64,000 nt of DNA from Escherichia coli (GTDB lineage Bacteria > Pseudomonadota > Gammaproteobacteria > Enterobacterales > Enterobacteriaceae): the NCBI RefSeq assembly GCF_022846255.1, contig NZ_AP025682.1. One strand, 5' to 3'. The notes under the pieces are model-generated. The model did not search any database. It worked only from the letters and a program-made list of their open reading frames with translations, and was not told where the DNA came from. Below, in pieces: positions 26,795 through 35,697 of the stretch; the stretch's first letter is position 1, and each line of letters begins with the position of its first letter. A program made the position numbers and the translations under genes.

Positions 26795-27637
26795 ATGAGA
26801 GATCTGTTACAACGCCCGGATTTATTCAGTATCAATACCGCGACACTGGGCTATAAAACGCCGCTGCCCGCCATTATTGATGCCTGCGCCGCACGCGGTA
26901 TTGGCGCCATTGCCCCCTGGCGCAGGGAGTTGCAGGGTGAAGATCTCCAGCAAATCGCCCGCCAGCTTGCTGCCAGTAACATAAACGTTTCCGGTTTGTG
27001 CCGTAGCACCTACTACACCGCACCGACGCTGGCGGAGCGCAAACTGGTGATTGACGATAACCGCCGGGCGCTGGACGACGCCGCTGTACTGAACGCCGCC
27101 TGTTATATGCAGGTGGTTGGCGGTCTGCCAATGGGAACAAAAGATCTGTACGAAGCACGGGAACAAGTGAAACAAGGGATTCGCCAGTTGCTGCCACATT
27201 CGAAAGAGGTCGGCGTGCCAATTGCACTGGAGCCACTGCACCCGATGACTGCTGCCGATCGTTCTTGTCTGTGCACGTTACGTCAGGCGCTGGACTGGTG
27301 TGATGAACTCGATCCCGATGGCGAATTTGGCCTCGGCGTGGCGGTAGATGTCTACCATGTCTGGTGGGACCCGGATCTCGCCAGTCAGATCCTGCGTGCC
27401 GGAAAACGCATCCTCGCGTTTCATGTTTCCGACTGGTTAGTGCCGACCACCGATCTGGTCAATGACCGTGGAATGCCGGGAGATGGTGTCATCAATATTC
27501 CGTCAATTCGTCGGCTGGTTGAAAACGCCGGATTTAATGGCGCTATTGAACTGGAAATATTCTCACCGTACTGGTGGCAGAAAGATATTAACAGCACGCT
27601 GGATATTAGCGTCGATCGCATCGCACATTATTGTTAA
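26795..27637 (+). CDS. Sugar phosphate isomerase/epimerase (xylose-isomerase-like TIM barrel) family protein
   Basis: 280-aa ORF starting 9 bp after SDR stop, GAGG RBS; family assignment by sequence resemblance to AP-endonuclease-2/TIM-barrel isomerases, moderate certainty. Confidence 0.75.
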   Translation: MRDLLQRPDLFSINTATLGYKTPLPAIIDACAARGIGAIAPWRRELQGEDLQQIARQLAASNINVSGLCRSTYYTAPTLAERKLVIDDNRRALDDAAVLNAACYMQVVGGLPMGTKDLYEAREQVKQGIRQLLPHSKEVGVPIALEPLHPMTAADRSCLCTLRQALDWCDELDPDGEFGLGVAVDVYHVWWDPDLASQILRAGKRILAFHVSDWLVPTTDLVNDRGMPGDGVINIPSIRRLVENAGFNGAIELEIFSPYWWQKDINSTLDISVDRIAHYC

Positions 27638-27646
27638 GGAATAATC

Positions 27647-28423
27647 ATGAGTGACCAACCCGTTCTGTTCAGCAGAGCGGCGGCTTCTTGCCGCCTGACA
27701 TTGAACCGTGAAGATAAATGTCATGCTATTAATGAAGAAATGATCGAATCTCTCGACCATTATTTAAATGAAATTGAAAATGACACGGCATTACGCTTAG
27801 TCGAATTAACGGCAACCGGCGATAAATTCTTTTGTGCGGGCGGCGATATTAAATCGTGGTCGGCCTATTCGCCATTAGATATGGGCAGAAAATGGATTAA
27901 ACGCGGTAATGACGTTTTTAATCGCCTGCGCAACTTACCCCAATTAACCGTTGCGAATCTCAACGGTCATACCATCGGTGGCGGTATTGAACTTGCCTTG
28001 TGCTGCGATATTCGTATCGCTCGCCCCGGCGCGAAATTCTCTAACCCGGAAGTGATGCTCGGCATGGTGCCAGGCTGGATGGGCATTGAGCGAGTGCTTA
28101 ATCAGGTTGGTCCTGTGGTCGGTCGCCAGATGCTGATGCTGGGTAAACGCCTGACGGCGCAGGAAGCTCAGACAGCGAATTTAATTGATGAAGTGGTAGA
28201 AAAAGAACAGGTGGAAAGCTGGATGGCGAACCAGTTAGCGCAGCTGGAAAAATGTGGTCCGGTGGCACTGGCACATATTAAGCAACTGATTCTGGCGCTG
28301 GAAAATAAACACGCCGATTACTCCCACCAGTTACTGGCTGGATTAATGTCCGCCACTCAGGATTGCCAACAGGCGACGCACGCATTTGCCGAAAAAGCCG
28401 GCGTGAGCTTCCACAATCAATAA
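27647..28423 (+). CDS. Enoyl-CoA hydratase/isomerase (crotonase-fold) family protein
   Basis: 258-aa ORF with crotonase motifs (FCAGGDIK; NGHTIGGGIELALCCDIRIA); AAGGA RBS. Confidence 0.85.
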   Translation: MSDQPVLFSRAAASCRLTLNREDKCHAINEEMIESLDHYLNEIENDTALRLVELTATGDKFFCAGGDIKSWSAYSPLDMGRKWIKRGNDVFNRLRNLPQLTVANLNGHTIGGGIELALCCDIRIARPGAKFSNPEVMLGMVPGWMGIERVLNQVGPVVGRQMLMLGKRLTAQEAQTANLIDEVVEKEQVESWMANQLAQLEKCGPVALAHIKQLILALENKHADYSHQLLAGLMSATQDCQQATHAFAEKAGVSFHNQ

Positions 28424-28432
28424 GGAAATTGT

Positions 28433-29974
28433 ATGCGTAAGTTATCAACCGCCGAGACACTGGCGGCGCAAATTCAGGACGGCGCAACCATTGCCATTAG
28501 CGGCAACGGCGGCGGTATGGTGGAAGCTGACCATATTCTGGCCGCCATTGAAGCGCGCTTTCTGCAAACCGGACACCCGCGCGATCTGACATTAATCCAC
28601 TCGCTGGGTATTGGCGATCGCGACAGCAAAGGCACTAACCGTTTTGCTCACGCCGAAATGCTCAAACGCATTATTGCCGGACATTTTACCTGGTCGCCCA
28701 AGATGCAGGAACTGGTGAAAAGCAATGCTATTGAAGCCTACTGTTTCCCTGGTGGCGTAATTCAGGCACTGCTGCGGGAGATCGGTGCCGGACGTCCGGG
28801 GCTTTTTACCCACGTTGGGCTGGGATCGTTTGTTGATCCACGCAATGGTGGCGGTAAGTCGAATGAATGCACTACCGACGACCTGGTAGAACTGATTGAA
28901 ATCGACGGTGAGACCAAACTTCGTTATCGCCCTTTCAAAGTGGACTACGCGATTTTGCGCGGCACCTATGCCGATCCGCGTGGCAACGTCAGCCTCGAAG
29001 AAGAGGCGATTGATATGGATAGCTATTCGATGGCGCTGGCAGCACACAACAGCGGCGGCAAAGTGTTCGTACAGGTCCGCGATGTGCTGGAAGCAGGTAC
29101 CATTGAACCACGTCGGGTCAAACTACCAGGAATTCTGGTCGATGGCATCGTTGAGCACCGCGAACAACCGCAAACCTATCTTGGTGGTTACGACCTGACG
29201 ATCAGCGGTCAACATCGCCGTCTAAGTTCTAACGACGCTATTGAACTGGTTAGTCATCCGGTGCGTCGCCTGATTGCCCGTCGGGCAGCGCGGGAACTGG
29301 TGGCAGGCGCTTCAACCAACTTTGGCTTTGGTATTCCCGGCGGTATTCCTGGGGTTGCACTGCGCGAAGGCGTGCCTTATCAAAGTTTGTGGCTGAGTGT
29401 AGAACAGGGTGTACATAACGGCATGATGCTGGATGATGCTCTGTTCGGCTGCGCCCGTAACGCCGATGCCATTATTCCATCACTCGATCAATTCGAATTC
29501 TACAGTGGCGGCGGTATCGATATCACCTTCCTCGGCATGGGAGAGATGGATCGGTACGGTAACGTCAACGTATCCCATCTCAATGGCAATCTCATTGGCC
29601 CCGGCGGCTTCCTCGAAATTGCGCAAAACGCCCGTAAAGTGGTGTTCTGCGGTACGTTTGACGCCAAAGGCAGCAAGATTGATGTAACGCCTGATGGCCT
29701 GCATATCGCCCAGTCAGGTCAAATCCCCAAACTGGTTACCCAGGTGGAAAAAATTACTTTTAGCGCCGCATACGCACAGCAAAGCAGTCAGGAAGTGCTG
29801 TATATCACCGAACGTGCGGTATTCCAGTTAACGGCAGAAGGCGTTGAATTAATTGAGATCGCCCCTGGCGTAGAGATTGACCGCGACATTCTGCCGTATA
29901 TGGCCTTCCGTCCGATTATCAGGCACCCACGCCTGATGGAAAGTAGCCTGTTTACGCCAATGGAGGATGCATGA
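28433..29974 (+). CDS. Family I CoA-transferase, fused alpha/beta type (YdiF-like acyl-CoA:acetate CoA-transferase)
   Basis: 513-aa ORF with glycine-rich N-terminus (ATIAISGNGGGMVEADHIL), resembles E. coli YdiF-type short-chain acyl-CoA transferases; AAGGA RBS. Confidence 0.8.
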   Translation: MRKLSTAETLAAQIQDGATIAISGNGGGMVEADHILAAIEARFLQTGHPRDLTLIHSLGIGDRDSKGTNRFAHAEMLKRIIAGHFTWSPKMQELVKSNAIEAYCFPGGVIQALLREIGAGRPGLFTHVGLGSFVDPRNGGGKSNECTTDDLVELIEIDGETKLRYRPFKVDYAILRGTYADPRGNVSLEEEAIDMDSYSMALAAHNSGGKVFVQVRDVLEAGTIEPRRVKLPGILVDGIVEHREQPQTYLGGYDLTISGQHRRLSSNDAIELVSHPVRRLIARRAARELVAGASTNFGFGIPGGIPGVALREGVPYQSLWLSVEQGVHNGMMLDDALFGCARNADAIIPSLDQFEFYSGGGIDITFLGMGEMDRYGNVNVSHLNGNLIGPGGFLEIAQNARKVVFCGTFDAKGSKIDVTPDGLHIAQSGQIPKLVTQVEKITFSAAYAQQSSQEVLYITERAVFQLTAEGVELIEIAPGVEIDRDILPYMAFRPIIRHPRLMESSLFTPMEDA

Positions 29975-32043
29975 GTCAGCTTGATGAGGCCATCCTTGAT
30001 GCACTGACACACGTTACTTTCCCAAAGGGTTTTGCACAGGCAGAACCCGCATGGGTTGTCACGGTAGACGGTGTTGATTACCCACTCTGGAAAACAGATG
30101 CCCTGGTAGTCGGCAGTGGTGCAGCCGGGCTACGTGCAGCTGTGGAACTTAAACGCCGCCAGCAAAATGTGTTAATCGCCACCGCCGGGTTATATATGGG
30201 GACATCGGCATGTTCTGGCTCTGATAAACAAACACTGTTTACCGCCGCTACCGCGGGCAACGGCGACAACTTCGCCAAACTGGCAGAGGCACTGGCGAGC
30301 GGTGGGGCGATGGATCACGACACCGCTTATGTTGAAGCGGTAGGTTCTCTGCACACTCTTGGCGGGTTGCAATATCTTGGTCTGGAATTACCGGAAGATC
30401 GCTATGGCGCGATTCTTCGTTATCAAACCGACCATGACGAAGCCGGGCGTGCAACCTCGTGTGGGCCGCGTACCTCAAGGTTAATGGTGAAAGTGCTGCT
30501 GGAAGAAGTACAGCGTCTTGCTATCCCAATGTTGGCCAGTGCAACAGTGATTAAACTGCTGCATCAGCGTGACGAAAACGGTGAAGACCGTGTGGCGGGG
30601 GCAATCCTCGCGACCGGTCATCGCGCCCATAACCCATGGGGGCTGGCAATTGTGACTGCGCCCAATGTGGTACTGGCAACAGGCGGGCCTGGCGAGCTTT
30701 ATCGCGACAGTGTGTATCCACACAAATGTTTCGGCTCGCTGGGGCTGGCGCTGGAGGAAGGTCTGACGTTAACGAATCTGACTGAAAGCCAGTTTGGTAT
30801 AGGCACACCGCGCAGCACGTTTCCGTGGAATTTGTCCGGCACCTATGTACAGGTGATCCCATATATCTATTCCGTGGATGCCGGGGGCAACGAGTATAAC
30901 TTCCTCGCGGATTACTATCGCACCACCCAGGAGCTGGCTTCAAACATTTTCCGTAAAGGCTATCAGTGGCCGTTCCACGCCACGCGGGTAATGGATTTTG
31001 GCTCCAGCTTGTTAGATATGGCAGTAGCGCAAGAGCAGCAACATGGTCGTCAGGTATTTATGGATTTCAATCGTAATCCAGAACCTGTGCCGGGTGACCT
31101 ACCGTTCTCATTAGATCGACTGGACGACGACGTTCGCGCGTATCTGGAAAATAACGACGCTCTGGCACCATCGCCCATCGAACGCCTGCAACAAATGAAT
31201 CCTCTGTCTATCTCGCTGTATAAGATGCACGGTTACGATCTCATCACGCAGCCATTGCAGTTTGCCATGAATAATCAGCACATGAATGGCGGCATTGAAG
31301 TCGATATCTGGGGACAAACATCTCTGCCCGGTTGTTTTGCGGTGGGGGAAGTTGCTGGCACACACGGCGTCACCCGACCTGGCGGCGCGGCGTTGAATGC
31401 CGGGCAGGTTTTTGCTGTTCGTCTGGCGCGCTTTATTGGTTGCACGCAAAAGCGGAATATTGATGGAGATATTGCACAGCTGGCAGCTCCGGCACTGGCT
31501 TCTATAAGAGAGATCATTACTCAGGCGCACGATAACGGGTCCGGGATGCCGTTGTCGGTTGTGAGAGAAAAAATTCAGGCACGAATGTCTGACTATGCGG
31601 GATTTATTTGCCATGCCGATAAAGTCCGACGTGCCACTCGTGATGCCCTGCTATTGAACGAATTTGTCCAACGACATGGATTGGCAATCAAACATGTGGG
31701 TGAAGTTGCCGAGCTGTTTATGTGGCGGCATATGGCGCTGACTTCTGCCGCGGTATTAACACAATTAACGCATTATATTGATGCTGGTGGTGGTAGCCGT
31801 GGGGCGCGTATGGTTATTGATCCACAAGGCAAATGCCTACCACAAACTCGTCGCGGCGCAAAAGAAGAATGGCGTTTTCGCTCTGAACTCGCTGAAGACA
31901 AAAATCACAAATTAACAATTCAATATTCGCAAGGTTCTTTTATTACCGAAGTAAAGTCTTTACGTATGCAACCGTGTATTAACGGTATTTACTTTGAAAA
32001 AAACTGGCCAGACTTTTTAAAGGGAGACATTTACACACAATAA
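29971..32043 (+). CDS. FAD-dependent oxidoreductase, fumarate reductase/succinate dehydrogenase/L-aspartate oxidase flavoprotein superfamily, with long C-terminal extension
   Basis: 690-aa ORF; dinucleotide-binding motif (DALVVGSGAAGLRAAVEL) and C-terminal FAD-binding signature (CFAVGEVAGTHGVTRPGGAALNAGQVF); start ATG overlaps upstream stop (ATGA); GGAGG RBS. Confidence 0.8.
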   Translation: MSQLDEAILDALTHVTFPKGFAQAEPAWVVTVDGVDYPLWKTDALVVGSGAAGLRAAVELKRRQQNVLIATAGLYMGTSACSGSDKQTLFTAATAGNGDNFAKLAEALASGGAMDHDTAYVEAVGSLHTLGGLQYLGLELPEDRYGAILRYQTDHDEAGRATSCGPRTSRLMVKVLLEEVQRLAIPMLASATVIKLLHQRDENGEDRVAGAILATGHRAHNPWGLAIVTAPNVVLATGGPGELYRDSVYPHKCFGSLGLALEEGLTLTNLTESQFGIGTPRSTFPWNLSGTYVQVIPYIYSVDAGGNEYNFLADYYRTTQELASNIFRKGYQWPFHATRVMDFGSSLLDMAVAQEQQHGRQVFMDFNRNPEPVPGDLPFSLDRLDDDVRAYLENNDALAPSPIERLQQMNPLSISLYKMHGYDLITQPLQFAMNNQHMNGGIEVDIWGQTSLPGCFAVGEVAGTHGVTRPGGAALNAGQVFAVRLARFIGCTQKRNIDGDIAQLAAPALASIREIITQAHDNGSGMPLSVVREKIQARMSDYAGFICHADKVRRATRDALLLNEFVQRHGLAIKHVGEVAELFMWRHMALTSAAVLTQLTHYIDAGGGSRGARMVIDPQGKCLPQTRRGAKEEWRFRSELAEDKNHKLTIQYSQGSFITEVKSLRMQPCINGIYFEKNWPDFLKGDIYTQ

Positions 32044-32135
32044 TTTTCAATATTTCCTCTGTACCTGATTTTTATTGCCTATTACATGGAAATACCAACA
32101 ACCAGGGTTTATTAATATAATTAAAAGGTTTAAAA

Positions 32136-33413
32136 ATGAATAAAATAAAGAATTATCGATGGCATATGATTGCCCTCGTATGCTTTATCACTGTAATCAA
32201 TTATCTGGACAGAACGGCGTTAGGTATTGCGGCTCCAACGATTATGGAGACAACCGGAATAACCAAAGAACAATATTCATGGATTGTCAGTGCATTCCAG
32301 TTGGCCTATACATTGGGGCAACCGATAATGGGCTTCTTTATTGATACCGTGGGTCTGAAGTTAAGTTTTGCGATATGTGCCGCAATCTGGGGCCTGGCGA
32401 CAATGGGGCATGCCTTGACAGGAACATGGTCAGGTCTGGCATTTATGCGCGCCCTGATGGGTTTCAGCGAAGCATCGGCAATTCCTGCGGGTGTAAAAAC
32501 CGCATCAACATGGTTCCCGGCAAAAGAGCGTGGCGTGGCGACAGGTGTATTCAATATGGGTACCTCACTCGGCGCGATGCTTGCTCCACCGTTGATTGCC
32601 TGGTGCATTATGTTTCATAGCTGGCAATTTGCGTTTATTGTCTCAGGTAGCCTTGCTTTACTCGCGGCTTTATTTTGGTTCTTTTGTTATAAAGATCCAA
32701 AAGATGCTAAACGCCTTTCTGATGAAGAGCGCCACTATATTGAGTCTGGGCAAGAACAGCATCTTAAAACAGATAAGAAAGAAAAAACGTCAATCAAGCA
32801 TATCCTCAGCCAACGTAATTTCTGGGGGATTGGCATCGCGCGTTTTCTCGCTGACCCGGCATGGGGAACCATTAACTTCTGGGTACCGATTTTCTTCGTC
32901 GAAACGCTGCATTTTAGCCTGAAAGAAATTGCCATGTTCGTCTGGCTGCCTTTCCTGCTGGGCGATCTCGGCTGTTTAGCCAGTGGTTTTGTCGCGAAGT
33001 TCTTCCACGATCGCGGCGTGAGTTTAATTAACTCACGAAGAATTACCTTCACTATTGCAGCCGTCATTATGATGACGATTGGTCTGGTGAGTATTGTCGA
33101 AAATCCCTACATCGCCGTATTACTGATTAGCATTGGCGCATTCTCGCATCAATGTCTTTCTACTGTTGCAGCAACTCTGGGCGGTGACCTATTCAAAAAA
33201 GACGAAGTAGCTACCGCTGTGGGTATGGCAGGAGCCTGTGCATGGAGCGGTCAGTTGATTTTCAACCTGTTTATCGGGGCATTCGTTCACATTATTGGCT
33301 TCGCGCCGTTCTTTATTGCCCTGGCTTTCTTTGACATTATTGGCGCCATTGCGCTGTGGATGCTTATCAAAGTTAAAGACGAAGAACCACAAGTACAGTT
33401 AGCGACAAGCTAA
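32136..33413 (+). CDS. MFS transporter, anion:cation symporter (ACS) family (hexuronate/aldonate-type)
   Basis: 425-aa 12-TM ORF with MFS signature (YLDRTALGIAAP; GxLxDRxG-like loop), resembles ExuT/DgoT-type organic anion permeases. Confidence 0.85.
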   Translation: MNKIKNYRWHMIALVCFITVINYLDRTALGIAAPTIMETTGITKEQYSWIVSAFQLAYTLGQPIMGFFIDTVGLKLSFAICAAIWGLATMGHALTGTWSGLAFMRALMGFSEASAIPAGVKTASTWFPAKERGVATGVFNMGTSLGAMLAPPLIAWCIMFHSWQFAFIVSGSLALLAALFWFFCYKDPKDAKRLSDEERHYIESGQEQHLKTDKKEKTSIKHILSQRNFWGIGIARFLADPAWGTINFWVPIFFVETLHFSLKEIAMFVWLPFLLGDLGCLASGFVAKFFHDRGVSLINSRRITFTIAAVIMMTIGLVSIVENPYIAVLLISIGAFSHQCLSTVAATLGGDLFKKDEVATAVGMAGACAWSGQLIFNLFIGAFVHIIGFAPFFIALAFFDIIGAIALWMLIKVKDEEPQVQLATS

Positions 33414-33422
33414 TTATTTTAC

Positions 33423-33464
33423 ATAGAAACGCTATAATTTAGCTTTGTAGCGTTTCTATTTTTC
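33423..33464 (+). terminator. Rho-independent terminator after MFS transporter gene (possibly bidirectional)
   Basis: Perfect 11-bp stem atagaaacgct ... agcgtttctat followed by tttttct. Confidence 0.6.
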
Positions 33465-33555
33465 TCATAAATTAAACGTCTCTTCCAAAACGTTCAGTAT
33501 CTACTGGCATTGCTTCGCAAATTTATGATTTAGCGAATATATCTAAATAACTATT

Positions 33556-34824
33556 CTAAATTGCCCCCCTGAACGCCTCTGCCATTAACTCTTGCTCACG
33601 ACCAGGTAATCGAAGACGCTCGGCAATGATTCGCCACTGACTGACAATCCCTCTAAAATTAGCAATAATGTCATCTGCTTCTGTCAAACCAAGTCGAAAA
33701 TAATCCACAACTTCTCGAGCTAATTCCAAATCAAGTGCATTATCATTTTCTGTAATATTGAGTTTTAGACCGTCAGACCTGGCAACAGGATTCAAATCAT
33801 ATGCCTCAGAAAGCCGCCAACCTTTTCCCGGTATCAAGATATATCCATGATTACGTAAATGGTCATCGGTATTAGAAACAAGAATATTAAAAACAATCCT
33901 GGACCAGAGTTCCTTAAGGTCAGTATTAGTCTGCGCTCCATGTCTGATAAGAACATCTGCTAATTCCAGATAACTCACACCTGTAGAGGCATCTTCACCA
34001 TCCTGATGCCTGGTTAGTGTCATAGCCGAAGCAAAATGCAGACGCCTTCCCGCATTAGTGCGGTCAAAACGACGAACCATAAAACAATGGTAATTGCTGG
34101 CAAATTTATGCGCCTGAGCAGGTGCAACATTCAGTCCACAGCCAACAGCAAGTGCATTAACGACCATTTCCCATCCACCAACATCATACTCATCTTTTAC
34201 ACTGGGAAATTTAGCGATGTAGAGATACCCAGCTTCATCAACAACACTGGCTTTCGGACGTGTCCCCCCTAATGATCCCCCCGGAGCGATTAGCATTCTT
34301 AACCATTTTTGCCCCATTAGCTCTTTATTATCAGGATCTTCTTCAATTGCCCGGCTAGCCCTTTCCAGACTCGCTATTTCGGTAAATGGTGGGGCTGCAA
34401 CATCAATGCGATTATCAAGAAACTCTCCAGCGTCTTCACGTTTGTATCGAAGAGCCCCAACCCGATAAAGATCATGAACACCTAGTAGATAATCAGACTC
34501 ATAAAGGTGGGAGTCTTTATCACATAACCCGTCTCGAATATCCCTCTCAAAACGACGCTTCATTAGCATACGCCCCCAACGATCCGGGCAGGAATCACTA
34601 AATGCACCAAATTTATCCTTTGGAGGAATTGGGTACTGTGCTCCCTCATACAACATTATTTCAGGATCTAACTGAATGAAATTAAGTGAAGGATCTGCAA
34701 GCGCCTTTTTATCGTACTCAAACTCAAATATCTCACGCGTCCGAGTGCGGCGACTGTGTAAATAACCAATCCGCTCCGGACCATCCAGGCCTTCCCAATC
34801 CGCATACACTCCGATTAATGCCAT
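33556..34824 (-). CDS. HipA-family serine/threonine kinase (type II toxin-antitoxin toxin candidate)
   Basis: 422-aa ORF; HipA N-terminal motif (FSDSCPDRWGRMLMKRR resembles HipA FDNLLPDSPIVRDRIVKRY), glycine-rich loop (IAPGGSLGGTRPKASVV), catalytic motif (LVSNTDDHLRNHGYIL); AAGGAAA RBS; starts 2 nt after upstream HTH gene stop. Confidence 0.85.
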   Translation of the reverse strand: MALIGVYADWEGLDGPERIGYLHSRRTRTREIFEFEYDKKALADPSLNFIQLDPEIMLYEGAQYPIPPKDKFGAFSDSCPDRWGRMLMKRRFERDIRDGLCDKDSHLYESDYLLGVHDLYRVGALRYKREDAGEFLDNRIDVAAPPFTEIASLERASRAIEEDPDNKELMGQKWLRMLIAPGGSLGGTRPKASVVDEAGYLYIAKFPSVKDEYDVGGWEMVVNALAVGCGLNVAPAQAHKFASNYHCFMVRRFDRTNAGRRLHFASAMTLTRHQDGEDASTGVSYLELADVLIRHGAQTNTDLKELWSRIVFNILVSNTDDHLRNHGYILIPGKGWRLSEAYDLNPVARSDGLKLNITENDNALDLELAREVVDYFRLGLTEADDIIANFRGIVSQWRIIAERLRLPGREQELMAEAFRGAI

Positions 34825-34826
34825 AA

Positions 34827-35318
34827 TTAATTTCCTTTTAACGGTTTTTTTATCGGTTTTAATAGTGCTGCAAGAGAGGTTGATGTTTCTCCTGTAATAG
34901 ATGGCGTTGAGCCTTCTGCCAGTGCTGTTAAATCCGTGGTGAGTAAACCTTCTTTCTCATACCTCGTTTGAAAAGGGTCTGTCTGAATACCTTCTTCATT
35001 TTTACCTGATGAACGAGAAAGCCCTCTTTTTTTAATCAAACGGGAATCCTGGAGCTGACGCCCTAAGTCGTCTTCAGCTGCAAGCTTATTTAAATCCGTT
35101 TCCAGGCCCAAAACCTGCATCACAGACAAATATGCCCCTATCGTGACCCCTGCACTTCCTGACTCCAGAGAGCGCAATGTTATTGGCGACATCCCAGCAC
35201 GTTCAGCAACTTGCTTTGCGGTAAGCCTGCGTCGTAAACGAGCAAGTTTCAGCCGCTCACCAAATTCACTAAGCATCTGATTCGTATAAGGGAGTAACGG
35301 TGCTGTTTTTTTACCCAT
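34827..35318 (-). CDS. XRE-family HTH protein, HipB-like antitoxin candidate with ~90-aa Ser/Thr-rich C-terminal extension
   Basis: 163-aa ORF; HTH_XRE region ([32 protein letters not shown]); immediately upstream of and co-oriented with the HipA-like gene; no clear SD at the first ATG, alternative start at Met15 (35276) possible. Confidence 0.75.
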   Translation of the reverse strand: MGKKTAPLLPYTNQMLSEFGERLKLARLRRRLTAKQVAERAGMSPITLRSLESGSAGVTIGAYLSVMQVLGLETDLNKLAAEDDLGRQLQDSRLIKKRGLSRSSGKNEEGIQTDPFQTRYEKEGLLTTDLTALAEGSTPSITGETSTSLAALLKPIKKPLKGN

Positions 35319-35338
35319 AGTGATAATATTTTATCTTT

Positions 35339-35359
35339 TTATGGCTATGATAGCCATAA
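35339..35359. promoter_or_regulatory. Candidate operator: perfect 10-1-10 palindrome ttatggctat-g-atagccataa upstream of HipB-like gene
   Basis: Perfect inverted repeat 21-41 bp upstream of the HTH gene start codon in an AT-rich promoter region. Confidence 0.55.
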
Positions 35360-35664
35360 TATTAGCATTTATTGGATTGAACGCACCTGCAAAGCGTTCA
35401 AGATTACGAAAGTGATGATATTTTATCCTTTTATATATAAAAACAATAAAATAACAGCGCATTCATATATAACATATTGTTTTTATTATCATACAAGGGA
35501 GACGATCGCTGTATTGATGCTTTTGTCGTGTTTTACGCGTAAAAAACATGACACGAACTACCAGCGGCGAGGCTGGGGGCCAGGTATGGGTACTGCGAAC
35601 TTTTTATAAAAGGAATAACAAGAGATTTATGGAGGGAACGTCTGTTTCTGCGGTTTTTATCACT

Positions 35665-35697
35665 TAAAAGCAAAACGCCGACCACTGGTCGGCGTTT
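35665..35697 (-). terminator. Rho-independent terminator of rpsF-priB-rpsR-rplI operon
   Basis: Stem aacgccgacca/tggtcggcgtt followed on the minus strand by ttttgctttt, 23 bp downstream of rplI stop. Confidence 0.75.

Noticed and set aside
35412-35609. 65-aa ORF in the AT-rich spacer between the HipB-like gene and rplI
   Set aside because: No ribosome-binding site, low-complexity translation rich in Tyr/Ile/Phe from AT-rich DNA; more likely promoter or spacer sequence than a gene.
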